A stretch of 56,722 nucleotides of DNA, taken from positions 1 to 56,722 of the forward strand of contig JAAZEB010000153.1 of the NCBI GenBank assembly GCA_012512505.1, written 5' to 3'. This stretch comes from Armatimonadota bacterium (lineage in GTDB: Bacteria > Armatimonadota > JAAZEB01). Shown here piece by piece: positions 28,478-38,080 of this stretch; position 1 is the stretch's first letter, and each line of letters opens with the position of its first letter. Under the pieces are notes generated by a model. It searched no databases. It was not told the origin of the DNA and saw only the letters and a program-made list of their open reading frames with translations. Made by a program: the position numbers and the translations under genes.

Positions 28478-31400
28478 TCACGCTGCCTGGGGCACGTCCT
28501 CCAGGCGCACTGAGACGACGCGGGAAACGCCCTGCTCCGACATGGTAACGCCGTAGAGGACATCCGCAGCCTCCATGGTTGCCTTGTTGTGGGTGATGAC
28601 GATGAACTGGGAACTCCCGGCGAACTCGCGCAGGAGGGCCGAGAACCGCACCACGTTCAGTTCGTCCAGCGGGGCGTCCACCTCATCCAGCAGGACAAAG
28701 GGGCTCGGCTTGATCTTTAGCAAGGCGAAGAGGAAGGCGGCCGCCGTCAGCGCCCGCTCGCCCCCCGAGAGCTGGAGCAGGTTCTGCGGCTTCTTGCCCG
28801 GCGGCTGCACGATGATCTCCAGGCCGCTCTCCAGCACGTCCTCTTGATTGGTCAGCCGGATAGAGGTGGTGCCGCCGTTGAAGAGGCGGGTGAACACTTC
28901 GGCGAACGCCTCCCGCAGTTGCTCCAGGGTGCGCAGGAAGCGGTCGCGCGTTTCGGCATCGATCTCGGCGATGACGCGCAGCAGGCCTTCGCGGGCGTCC
29001 ATCAGGTCGGCGCGTTGGGTGGTCAGGAAGCCGAGGCGCTCTTCCAGGCGCTGCACTTCCTCGATGGCACCGAGGTTCACCTCGCCCATGGCGGCCATCT
29101 GGGCGCGGAGCTGGCGCAGCTCCTGGCTGGCCTGCTGGCGGTTGCGGATCTCCGGGAGCTGGTCCGGGGCCAGGCGGCTTACCTCCTCGGGGCTGAGGCC
29201 ATGCTGCTCGTAGAGTGCCGTCTGCGCGTGCTGAATATCCGCTTCCACGCCGGCCAGCTTCACCTCGGCGCGGTGCAGCTCGTGCTGGGCCGCCGCCAGG
29301 CGATCACGCGCTTCCTTGGCCTCCTGCTCCGCCTTGCCAGAGGCTTCCAGCAGGCGGCGGCGATCCTCGCGGCGGTCGTCCAGGTACTGCTGCGAGCGCT
29401 CCATCTCGGTGGTCAGCCGCCCCAGTTCCGCTTCCTGCGCGGCGATCTCCTCCTGCAAGGCGCGCACCCGCTGCGCCCGCGCCGCCATCTCGGCGCGCCG
29501 GCGCTCGCTGTCTCGCTGGATCCCCTGCTCTTGCTGGATTGCCCGCGCCAGGTTCTCGCGCTGGCTCTCCGCCTGCTGCCGCGCCCGTGCCGCCGCCACC
29601 TTCTGCTCGGAAACCGACTCCGCCAGGCGCTCGCGCTGCCGGCCCAGCTCCGCCACCTCCGCGCCCCGGCGCTCGCTGTCGGCATCGGCACCCGAATCGC
29701 GCGCCTGCAGCTCGGCAACGACGGCACGCAGCCGGGCCTCGCGCGCCCGCGCCTTCTCCACGTCGGCCGCCGTCTGCTCGATGCTGTGCTCCACCCGGCG
29801 CCGCTCGTCGGCCAGCCGGCGCGCCTCCTGGCCGGCATAGTCCAGATCCTTCTTCGCCGCCGCCAGGGCCGAGGTTGCCTTCGCAGCCTCGTCGCGCTGG
29901 CGGCGCACCTGGGCCTCCGCGGCGCGCAGCGCCGCCGTCTGCGCCTCGCCCTCCTTCACGAGTTGGGCAAACTCCTGCTCGAGGCGGCCCACCTCTTCCT
30001 GGAGCGCGGTCATCTCCCGCCGCCGCGCCAACAGGCTGCTGGCCCCCCCGTTGGTACGCCCACCGGTGAGGATCCCTCGCGGGTGGAGCAGGTCGCCCTC
30101 CAGGGTAACCGCCCGGAAGCGGGCGTGGTCCAGCGCGAGCACCGCGCGCGCCTCCTCCAGGTGGCGCACCACGACGGCGTTTCCAAGCAGAGCACGCACC
30201 ACGGCGTCGTGGCCCTCGGCGTAGCGCACGTGGTTTATGGCGCACCGGGCGCGCAGCTCCTCCACGACCGTCTCGGCCGGAGCAGGCACCGCCGCGTCGG
30301 CGACGATGAAGGTGGCGCGTCCACCCCCCTCGCGGCGGAGGAAGCGCACCGCCTCGCTGGCGTCTTCCAGGCTGCCGGCCACCAGCGCGTCCACGTCGTC
30401 GCCCAGCGCCGCGTGGATGGCCGCCTCAAACTCGGGCGCCACTTCCAGCACCTCGGCCACCGGCACGAAGCGCCCCTTCAGGCGCCCCTGCTTGACGGCG
30501 CGCAGCACGGAGCGGGCGCCGTCGCGGTAGCCCTCCAGCTTGCCCTCCAGCTCGCGCAGCGTGCGCAGGCGGGCGGCACGGGCAGTGATCTCGGTGCGCA
30601 GCTCTGTCAGGCGCTGGTTGCGCAGGTTGATCTCGCGCTGCAGCGTGGCGCGCTCCGCCTCGCGGTGCCGGACCTCCGCGGCAAGCTGCTCGCAGCGCGC
30701 CTCGGCGTCGGCCACTTTCGCGCGGAGGTTGTCGCCGCGGGCTTCTTGCGTCTCCGCGCGCGCCGCCAGCAACTCCAGGCGCTGGGCCGCGCGCGCCGCG
30801 GCCGCTTCCAGCTCTTCCACCTGCCGGGCGGCGGCACGCACGTCGGCCTCGGCGTTGGTCAAGGCGCGCGCCCGGGCCACGGCTTCACGGCGCTCCTCCT
30901 CGGCCGCCCGGGCGGCCTGCGCCAGGCGCTCGCTGAGGGCGGCCAGCTCCCCTTCGCGCCGTTGCAGCTCCTCCCGCGCCGCCTGCTCCGCTGCCTCCGC
31001 CGCCGCGATCCGCTCGGAGGCCTCCTCCTGCTGGCGTCGGCACGCCTCCAGCGTCCGCTCCAGCTCGGCGATCCGCCCCGCCTCGTCCGCCTCCCCTGCC
31101 TGCAGCGACGAGAGCCGCTCGCGCGACACGCCCAGGGCACCGCGCGCGCGCTCCACCCGCTGCGACGCGGCCGATGCCGCCGTGCGCGCCTCATCGAGGG
31201 CGGCATCGGCGCGGGTCACGGCAAAGCGCGCCCCCTCCGCCTCGCTCTCGATGCGCGCTAGCTCCGCCTGAATCGTCTCCACCCGCGTGGCGGCAACCAT
31301 GCGCGCCCGGCGCACCTCCTCCACCTGCTGCAAGGCGCGGCGGTGCTCCGTCAGCAGCAAAGCCCGCTCCAGGGCCTGAGCCTGGTCGCGCACGGTGCGG

Positions 31401-32044
31401 TAGCGGCGGGCCACCTCCGCCTGCTCGCGCAGCGGTGGAAGCTGCCCCTCAATCTCGCTGAGGATGTCCGCCACCCGCGTCAGGTTAGCCTGGGTCGCCT
31501 CCAGCTTGCGCGTGGCGTCGCGCTTGCGCACCCGGTACTTCTTGATCCCGGCCGCCTCCTCCACCAGCGCCCGGCGGTCCTCCGAGCGGATGGAGAGGAC
31601 GGCGTCGATCTCGCCCTGCCCGATGATCGAGTAGGCGTCACAGCCCACGCCGGTGTCCAGGAACAGCTCCGTAACGTCGCGCAGGCGGCAGGCTACCTTG
31701 TTGATCAGGTATTCGCTCTCGCCGGAGCGGAAGAGGCGCCGGGTGATGGTGACCTCATCGAAGTCGAGGCTGAGGGTACGCGATTCGTTATTAAAGGTGA
31801 GGGAGGCCTCAGCGAAGCCGAGCGGCTTGCGCCGGTGAGAGCCGAGGAAGATTACGTCTTGCGACGAGAGACTGCGCAGCGAGCGCATGCTCTGTTCGCC
31901 CAACACCCACTGGATCGCGTCGGCGATATTGCTCTTGCCGCTGCCATTGGGGCCAACAACAGCGGTGATGCCGGGGAGAAACTCCAGTTCGGTGCGGTCG
32001 GCAAACGTCTTGAAGCCGAACAGCTCTAGCCGCTTCAGGTGCAT
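28478..32044 (-). CDS. smc: chromosome segregation protein SMC
   Basis: GPNGSGKSN Walker A, coiled coils, hinge (GRATF, LTGG), LSGGE signature, LLDEVDAPLD. Confidence 0.97.
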   Translation of the reverse strand: MHLKRLELFGFKTFADRTELEFLPGITAVVGPNGSGKSNIADAIQWVLGEQSMRSLRSLSSQDVIFLGSHRRKPLGFAEASLTFNNESRTLSLDFDEVTITRRLFRSGESEYLINKVACRLRDVTELFLDTGVGCDAYSIIGQGEIDAVLSIRSEDRRALVEEAAGIKKYRVRKRDATRKLEATQANLTRVADILSEIEGQLPPLREQAEVARRYRTVRDQAQALERALLLTEHRRALQQVEEVRRARMVAATRVETIQAELARIESEAEGARFAVTRADAALDEARTAASAASQRVERARGALGVSRERLSSLQAGEADEAGRIAELERTLEACRRQQEEASERIAAAEAAEQAAREELQRREGELAALSERLAQAARAAEEERREAVARARALTNAEADVRAAARQVEELEAAAARAAQRLELLAARAETQEARGDNLRAKVADAEARCEQLAAEVRHREAERATLQREINLRNQRLTELRTEITARAARLRTLRELEGKLEGYRDGARSVLRAVKQGRLKGRFVPVAEVLEVAPEFEAAIHAALGDDVDALVAGSLEDASEAVRFLRREGGGRATFIVADAAVPAPAETVVEELRARCAINHVRYAEGHDAVVRALLGNAVVVRHLEEARAVLALDHARFRAVTLEGDLLHPRGILTGGRTNGGASSLLARRREMTALQEEVGRLEQEFAQLVKEGEAQTAALRAAEAQVRRQRDEAAKATSALAAAKKDLDYAGQEARRLADERRRVEHSIEQTAADVEKARAREARLRAVVAELQARDSGADADSERRGAEVAELGRQRERLAESVSEQKVAAARARQQAESQRENLARAIQQEQGIQRDSERRRAEMAARAQRVRALQEEIAAQEAELGRLTTEMERSQQYLDDRREDRRRLLEASGKAEQEAKEARDRLAAAQHELHRAEVKLAGVEADIQHAQTALYEQHGLSPEEVSRLAPDQLPEIRNRQQASQELRQLRAQMAAMGEVNLGAIEEVQRLEERLGFLTTQRADLMDAREGLLRVIAEIDAETRDRFLRTLEQLREAFAEVFTRLFNGGTTSIRLTNQEDVLESGLEIIVQPPGKKPQNLLQLSGGERALTAAAFLFALLKIKPSPFVLLDEVDAPLDELNVVRFSALLREFAGSSQFIVITHNKATMEAADVLYGVTMSEQGVSRVVSVRLEDVPQAA

Positions 32045-32237
32045 GGATCACCTTTCGCGCGGCCTGCCGGCGAACAGGAGAGGAGCGAAACGGCGGCAGG
32101 AACACGGAGGCATCCGGGCTGGGGGTGTGGATCCACGGCGCGCCGGGCCGGGCGTCCGAACTCCCCCCGGTCTCCAGCGCCCCTCTCTTCCGCTCCCCAA
32201 GCGCCTGCGCGCATGCCCCCGTGCCCCTTGCCGACTG

Positions 32238-32522
32238 CTACGCCTCTCCCTGGAGCCCGCGCGGCTCCAGGACGAATCGGATCCCGGTCTTGGTGCCGTC
32301 ATCCGTCTCGATCTTGAAGAAAGAAGGAACCGAGATGAGGTCAATACCATTGGGTGCGACATAGTCGCGCGCGATGGCGATCGCTTTCACGGCCTGGTTG
32401 ACGGCACCGGCACCCACGGCCTGGACGCTCACACCCCCGTCACGCCGCACCACCGACGCGATCGCTCCGGCCACCATCTTGGGCGACGACTGCCCCGAGA
32501 CTTTGAGGATCTCGCTATCCAT
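32238..32522 (-). CDS. spoVS: stage V sporulation protein S (SpoVS) family
   Basis: ILKVSGQSSPKMVAGAIA, QAVGAGAVNQAVKAIAIAR; AGGAGG RBS. Confidence 0.95.
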   Translation of the reverse strand: MDSEILKVSGQSSPKMVAGAIASVVRRDGGVSVQAVGAGAVNQAVKAIAIARDYVAPNGIDLISVPSFFKIETDDGTKTGIRFVLEPRGLQGEA

Positions 32523-32868
32523 ACACTCGCCTCCTGCTGTGCTTAGGGTCTCCAACCCGACGACCACTTCGCGCCCCGCCCCACGCCGCAGCGGCACCAG
32601 GCGCCAACCGGCACCGCCCTCCGGAGGCATACTGATCGGCCCCAGGGGCAGGGGGTACGCGTGCAAGGCAGTTCCAGCGAGGGCAGGCTGCACGGCGAAC
32701 TACACATCGATTACCCGCGCTGCACGGGAGTAGGGACGTGGATAAGCCGGCTGCGGTCGCCACAAAGAAGTAACCACACCCGTGCCTCCGGCGTAACGCT
32801 GACTGGCTGGACGACGGCGCGTAGGAACGTTACCCATCCCCCGTGGTTATCGTACGCATGACCTAAGG

Positions 32869-33051
32869 ACGGTGGCCTGGCCCCGGATTGCACTCGCTGA
32901 GGGTCAGGGGGATCCGACCGCGCGGCGAGCGTCGTGGCGTGTTCCAGACGTCTTTTGGGTCTTGGCGACGAGAAGAACATCGATCCCGCGAACCAAAGGC
33001 CACTGTGGGGGAGCCGTGCGCTCCACCAGGCGGCAGCCTGGTTCCCGGTGC
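32869..33051 (-). ncRNA. candidate structured RNA or long leader (6S-like rod?) upstream of spoVS
   Basis: no convincing ORF; GTGGCCT/AGGCCAC stem closes an irregular rod of about 138 nt, preceded by two short hairpins; lies downstream of a consensus promoter. Confidence 0.3.
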
Positions 33052-33057
33052 CGTTTT

Positions 33058-33086
33058 ATTATAGGGGAATGCGGCCGTTTTGGCAA
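33058..33086 (-). promoter_or_regulatory. sigma70-type promoter about 530 nt upstream of spoVS
   Basis: minus-strand TTGCCA-N17-TATAAT. Confidence 0.7.
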
Positions 33087-33177
33087 GCCTTTTCGTGCCT
33101 GTGTCGGTGGCAAGCGGTGGCACAACGGCCCGGCGCCCGGCGGCGCACGAACAAAGCGGTAACTTTCCGGGCCAGCG

Positions 33178-34959
33178 TCACCCAAGCAGCCGCAAGAAGC
33201 CGGCGTAGACCAGCGGGGCGGTGATGGCCAGGAGGCTGACCACCACCGGACGGAGGGCCTCGGCTGGGTCCAGCCGCACGGCCGCCCGCGCCAGCGGCAC
33301 CAGCATGCCTAGCCCGGTGCCGATGAGCGCCATCGCCGCCGCCGCTAGGCCAACGAGCAGGCCCCAGGCAGCGCCGCCCCAAACCGCGCCCGCCAAGCCA
33401 CCGGCCAGCCCCACCGCCAGCGCCACGGGCACCGTCGCCTTCAGCTCGCCCACCAGACGAGCCCACCAGTTGGCCCGGTCTACCGCGTGCAGTGCGATGC
33501 CGCGCGCGGTGACGGCGGCGGCCCGGGCGGCGGCCTGGTTGCCCACCAGCAGCAAGAGCGGGAGGAAGAGGATCGCGCGCGCGAGGGCCGGGCCGCCGAA
33601 GCGATGCAGCACGCTTGCGCCCAGCAGGCCGGCAGTGAGTGCCAGCAGCATCCAGGGCAGGCGGTGGAAGGCGATGGCGCGGGAACGCTGCAACTGCGCG
33701 ACAGTCTCCGTCGGCGTGCCGGCGATATGCGAGACGTCTTCCTTCGCCTCTTCATCCACCACGTCGATGGTGTCATCCACCGTGACGATGCCCAGCAACC
33801 GGTGCTGCTCGTCGATCACCGGCACTGCCAGGAGGCGGTACTTGGCGATGGTGGCCGCCACCTCTTCCTGATCCATTGTGGCCGGCACGGCGATCACGGC
33901 CGCTGTCATGCTGGCGGCGATCGGCTGCTCTGGCGGACTGGTCAGCAGGCGGAACAGCGACAGCACCCCCATCAGCCGGCCCTCGTCGTCCACGACGTAG
34001 AGGTAGTAGATCGTCTCGGCCTTGGGGGCGAGCTCGCGCACGCGGGTGATCGCCTCCTGCGCCGTCAGGTGCGCCGGCAGCGCGATGAACTCGGTGGTCA
34101 TCAAGCCGCCAGCGCTCTGTTCGTCGTAGCGCAGCAGCCGACTCAGTGCCGCGGCATCCTCGCTCCCCATCCGGGTCAGCAGCTCGGTCTGGCGCTCCTC
34201 TGGGAGGTCTTGCAGCAGGTCGGTCGCCTCGTCCGGCGCCATGTGCGCCAGGATGCTGGAGGCTCGCCGGTCATCTAGCTCCTCCAGGATTGCGCTCCGG
34301 GTAGCGGCATCCAGGCCACCCAGCGCCTCGGCGAGCGTCTCGTCGCTGAACTGCATCACCGCGGCGGCACGATCCTCGGCGGAGAGCTGGCCCAGGATGC
34401 GGCTGATGTCTGCCGGATGCAGGCGTTCCAGGCGGCTGGAGGGCACCGAGAGGCGCACATCGGCACCGCGACCGGGAATAGACTCCACGTAGTTCCAGGG
34501 GATGAGCGCCTCCGGGAGCGTGCGCCCGGCCAGCCGCTCTAGTCCCAACCGCCGCAGGATCCCCCGCCCGCTCACATCCACGCCCACCACCCGCAGCTCA
34601 CCGCGCGCGAAGACGAGCCGCAGGTCGTTCACCTTCACCACGCGGCGGTCGTGCGTGTCCACCAACTGCCGGTCCAGCACCTCCGCGCGCAGCAGGATCT
34701 CCCCCTCGCGGAGCGGCAGCGCCGCCGCCTCAGCGGCCGGGGTCCGCAGCCGCACCTGGCGCTCGCTGGCAGCGCCGACGCTGGACCAGGCAAGGCGCAG
34801 TGTGGGGGCGCCCGCACGGCGGACCACCAGGCCAACCACGGCGGGGAACAGCTCCCCCGGACGCACCACGGCATCCACCACCCAGCCGACTCGGCGGCCG
34901 TCGGCGTCCACCACGCGGGCATTGAGGAGTTGCGACAGGTAGAGCGAATCGACGGACAA
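33178..34959 (-). CDS. mgtE: MgtE-family protein (PRC-like N-term, MgtE_N, CBS pair, degenerate TM pore)
   Basis: LHPADI, SAGGLMTTEF, ETIYYLYVVD, LLGIVTVDD, RLPW and LDPA; TTG start inferred after the nitroreductase stop. Confidence 0.85.
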   Translation of the reverse strand: MSVDSLYLSQLLNARVVDADGRRVGWVVDAVVRPGELFPAVVGLVVRRAGAPTLRLAWSSVGAASERQVRLRTPAAEAAALPLREGEILLRAEVLDRQLVDTHDRRVVKVNDLRLVFARGELRVVGVDVSGRGILRRLGLERLAGRTLPEALIPWNYVESIPGRGADVRLSVPSSRLERLHPADISRILGQLSAEDRAAAVMQFSDETLAEALGGLDAATRSAILEELDDRRASSILAHMAPDEATDLLQDLPEERQTELLTRMGSEDAAALSRLLRYDEQSAGGLMTTEFIALPAHLTAQEAITRVRELAPKAETIYYLYVVDDEGRLMGVLSLFRLLTSPPEQPIAASMTAAVIAVPATMDQEEVAATIAKYRLLAVPVIDEQHRLLGIVTVDDTIDVVDEEAKEDVSHIAGTPTETVAQLQRSRAIAFHRLPWMLLALTAGLLGASVLHRFGGPALARAILFLPLLLLVGNQAAARAAAVTARGIALHAVDRANWWARLVGELKATVPVALAVGLAGGLAGAVWGGAAWGLLVGLAAAAMALIGTGLGMLVPLARAAVRLDPAEALRPVVVSLLAITAPLVYAGFLRLLG

Positions 34960-34972
34960 CGGCGTTCCCCTG

Positions 34973-35545
34973 TCAGCCGATGATGATATCATCGAGGCGG
35001 CGCTTGGGCACGTGATGCACGCCGTCGGCGTCGCGGTAGTACTTCACGTCGCCATCAGGGCCCAGCTCTTCGAGCACCACGCGCTCCTTGGGATGGCCCA
35101 GGGCAACGACGAGGAGGATTTCATACCGTTCGGGGATGGCCAAGTCGTCACGCAGGCGCTGGCGGTTGATGCTGCCGATCATGCAGCCGCCCAGCCCGCG
35201 CGACACGGCGCCCAGCAGGATGCTCTGCGCGGCGATGCCGTAGTCACAACCGAACTCCTTGGTGATCTCGGTATCGCCCAGGATCACGATGTAGGCTGAC
35301 GGGCGCTCCCCTTCCTCCGGCCCAGGCCACTCCTTCAGGTAGCCGGCCCACCCAAGGCTTTGGAAGATGCGGGCGTTGCGCCGGGGCTCGGCCGAGAGCA
35401 GGTACTTCAGCGGCTGCAGGTTGGCTCCCGAGGGAGAAAGCCGCGCCAGGTCGACCAACTCCCGCAGGGTGCCTTCATCGACCACCTTGTCTTGATGGAA
35501 GCGGCGGTAACTCCGGTTCGCGCGAATCAGATCCTCCATCATCAT
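34973..35545 (-). CDS. nitroreductase family protein
   Basis: RSYRRF, SPSGANLQP, DYGIAAQSILL and GLGGCMIG. Confidence 0.92.
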   Translation of the reverse strand: MMMEDLIRANRSYRRFHQDKVVDEGTLRELVDLARLSPSGANLQPLKYLLSAEPRRNARIFQSLGWAGYLKEWPGPEEGERPSAYIVILGDTEITKEFGCDYGIAAQSILLGAVSRGLGGCMIGSINRQRLRDDLAIPERYEILLVVALGHPKERVVLEELGPDGDVKYYRDADGVHHVPKRRLDDIIIG

Positions 35546-35822
35546 GGGAAGAATCCCCCTTCCTCCGAAGCGCAGTACGAATCGGGGCGATGCCGGCACC
35601 TGGCCGGCCATCCGGTCGCTGGTAGGTCATGCGCTATGGCTACGGCCGCGCGGCTGCGGGCAGGGCAAACTTCTGGTTTACCCCGCTTTGCCCCGATGCC
35701 GCAGCCGACCCGCCCACCTCAGTCGCAAGGCGCCGTCCCTTGGGGCGCCGAGTCTCGGCTGCCCAGTTCGCGGGATGCCTCGCCGGCGCGTGACGCCGGG
35801 TTGCCCGCACCGGGCGCTTCGT

Positions 35823-36677
35823 CTACTCCGTCTGGCCAGAGGGGCCGGTCGGGGTGGCGGCCGGCGGCGGTGCCGTCGGCGCGGGGCTGCCGCCGGACTG
35901 GCGCTGGGCCAAGCCCTGGATGAACGGCGTGAAGAGGTCCACCGGCACCGGGAAGATGGTAGTGGAGTTGTGTTCGGTCGCCACCTCGGTGAGTGCCTGC
36001 AGGAAGCGCAGTTGCAGCGCGGCGGGCTGGCTGCTGATCACCTTGGCGGCCTGGGCGAGCCGCTCGGAGGCTTCGTACTCGCCCTGGGCATTGATCACCT
36101 TCGCCCGGCGCTCGCGCTCGGTCTCGGCCTGGCGAGCCATGGCGCGCTTCATCCCATCCGGCAGCACCACGTCGCGAATCTCGGTGGCGGTCACCTTCAC
36201 GCCCCACGGCCCGGTGTGCTCGTCGAGGATCCCCTGGATTCGCTGGTTCACCTCGTCGCGCTTGGAGAGGATCTCGTCCAGCTCCACCTGGCCGACGACA
36301 CTGCGCAGGGTGGTTTGGGCAAACATCGAGGTGGCCGCGGCGAAGTTCTCCACCTTGACCACCGCGTCACTCGGGTCCACCACCCGGAAGTAGACCACCG
36401 CGTCCACGGTGAGGGGCACGTTGTCGCGCGTCATGCACTCCTGCCGGGGCACGTTCATGGTGATGATGCGCAGGTCCATCTTGATCATCTTGTCGATGCC
36501 GGGGATGAGGAAGAAGATCCCGGGCCCCTTTGCGCCGTGCAGCCGCCCCAGGCGGAAGATGACGCCGCGCTCGTACTCGCGCACCACCTTGACCGCCGAG
36601 GGCACGATCATCGCCGCAAGCACGATCAGCGCGAATCCGAACGAACCAATAGCTCCGAGGAGCCCGCCGTCCCCCAT
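35823..36677 (-). CDS. SPFH/stomatin (slipin) family protein
   Basis: EYERGVIFRLGR, AQTTLRSVVG, MARQAETERERRAK and ALQLRFLQAL. Confidence 0.95.
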   Translation of the reverse strand: MGDGGLLGAIGSFGFALIVLAAMIVPSAVKVVREYERGVIFRLGRLHGAKGPGIFFLIPGIDKMIKMDLRIITMNVPRQECMTRDNVPLTVDAVVYFRVVDPSDAVVKVENFAAATSMFAQTTLRSVVGQVELDEILSKRDEVNQRIQGILDEHTGPWGVKVTATEIRDVVLPDGMKRAMARQAETERERRAKVINAQGEYEASERLAQAAKVISSQPAALQLRFLQALTEVATEHNSTTIFPVPVDLFTPFIQGLAQRQSGGSPAPTAPPPAATPTGPSGQTE

Positions 36678-36678
36678 C

Positions 36679-38028
36679 TCAGATCTCCTTTCTCACCTTC
36701 AGGGTGAAGCCGTCGAACCCCACCACCACCGCGTGCGTTCCGGCTGGGATCGGCTCGTCGCCCGCGTTCTCCGCGTTCCAAAGTTCGCCCTCGGCCAACA
36801 CCTTGCCGCTGGAGAGGATGTCGGTCTTTACCAGGACCAACTGTCCGAGCATCCCCTCCATGCCCGTAACGACCCGCAGCCGTTGGGCACGGAGGCCGGC
36901 GCCGACCACAAAGGCGAAGAAGAGCGTGGTGACGGTGGTCGCGGCCAGGATGAGGCGGGTGGAGACGTGGAGGAAAGGATCGGGCGTGCGCACCAGCATG
37001 AACGACCCAATCGCGAAGGCGATCGCCCCGGCGCCGGTCAGGATGCCATGGCTCGGCACCTTGATGTCGGCGATCATCAGCCCGACGCCCAGCACGATCA
37101 ACAGCAGGCCAACCACGTTGATCGGCAGGACCGCCATCGAGTAGAGCGCCAGCAGCAGCGAAGTGGCCCCGATCACCCCGGGAAAGATCGCCCCCGGGTG
37201 CTGCAGCTCGGCGTAGATGCCGACCATGGCGAACAGCATCAGCAGGTAGGCCACGTTCGGGTGCAGGATCGTATGCAGGACGCGCTCGCGCACGTCCATC
37301 GGGATCTCCTCAATCGGCGCCCCGGCGGTGCGGAGCTGGTGCTCGCCCACCCGGCGCCCATTGAGCTGGCGCAGCAGGTCGGCCCGGTCCTGAGCGATCA
37401 GGTCCACCACGTTCTTGGCGCGCGCCTGCCGCTCGGTGATCGAGCGGCTCTCGCGCACGGCGAGGACGTACCACTCGGCGTTGCGGCCGCGCTTCTCCGC
37501 CGCCGTGCGGATGGCGGCCGAGGCATCGTTGGTGACCTTGTCGCCCACCGCCTCGCCGGTTGCCCCATCTACCGGGTGGGCCGCGCCGAGGTTGGTGCTG
37601 GGGGCCATCGCCGCGATGTGGGCCGCGGCGGTGATGAACGTTCCGGCGGAGCCAGCCCGAGCGCCCGAGGGCGAGATGTAGACCACCACCGGCACCCGGG
37701 CGTTCAGCAAGCGGCGCATGATCTGGTGCGTCGACTCCAGCAGGCCGCCGGGCGTGTCCATCTCCAAGATGACGGCGGTCGCCCCGGTCTGCTCCGCGTG
37801 GGTGATCACCCGGTCAATGTAGCTGGCCACGGTGGGGCCGATGACGCCGTCGACAGTCATCACCACCACGGGCGCGCGCGTTTGGGCCGACGCGGCCGGC
37901 ATCAGGGCCAGGAGCATGAGGAGCGGCATCAGCAGCCGCACGATCTGGACAGAACGGTAAGGAGCGGCAGGCAGTGAGGACTGCCGTGCCGGCAGCCGCT
38001 CCCTCCGCTGCGCCACTGCAGCTCTCAT
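36679..38028 (-). CDS. nfeD: NfeD (STOPP) membrane-bound serine protease, long form
   Basis: DTPGGL, ARAGSAG, TNLGAAHPV, KVTND; TM region; C-terminal OB fold GELWNA; paired with the stomatin gene. Confidence 0.93.
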   Translation of the reverse strand: MRAAVAQRRERLPARQSSLPAAPYRSVQIVRLLMPLLMLLALMPAASAQTRAPVVVMTVDGVIGPTVASYIDRVITHAEQTGATAVILEMDTPGGLLESTHQIMRRLLNARVPVVVYISPSGARAGSAGTFITAAAHIAAMAPSTNLGAAHPVDGATGEAVGDKVTNDASAAIRTAAEKRGRNAEWYVLAVRESRSITERQARAKNVVDLIAQDRADLLRQLNGRRVGEHQLRTAGAPIEEIPMDVRERVLHTILHPNVAYLLMLFAMVGIYAELQHPGAIFPGVIGATSLLLALYSMAVLPINVVGLLLIVLGVGLMIADIKVPSHGILTGAGAIAFAIGSFMLVRTPDPFLHVSTRLILAATTVTTLFFAFVVGAGLRAQRLRVVTGMEGMLGQLVLVKTDILSSGKVLAEGELWNAENAGDEPIPAGTHAVVVGFDGFTLKVRKEI

Positions 38029-38051
38029 CGCAACCCACCTCCCCTTGCCGT

Positions 38052-38080
38052 ACTATACCATAGGTGATCTTATCCGTCAA
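38052..38080 (-). promoter_or_regulatory. promoter for nfeD-SPFH overlapping the aldehyde dehydrogenase 3' end
   Basis: minus-strand TTGACG-N17-TATAGT with TG extension, then a GGAGGT RBS. Confidence 0.6.

Noticed and set aside
28478-32044. SMC as a Wadjet/MksB-type defence system
   Set aside because: It is a canonical full-length SMC with hinge, and there are no jetABD/mksEFG neighbours.
32238-32522. spoVS (plus SpoIIE/SpoIIAB-like domains) as evidence of endospore formation
   Set aside because: These families occur in non-sporulating lineages, and no core sporulation genes are in the window.
33178-38028. nfeD, SPFH, nitroreductase and mgtE as members of the BMC locus
   Set aside because: They have their own promoter at 38052-38080, carry no encapsulation peptides, and nfeD-SPFH is a common independent pair.
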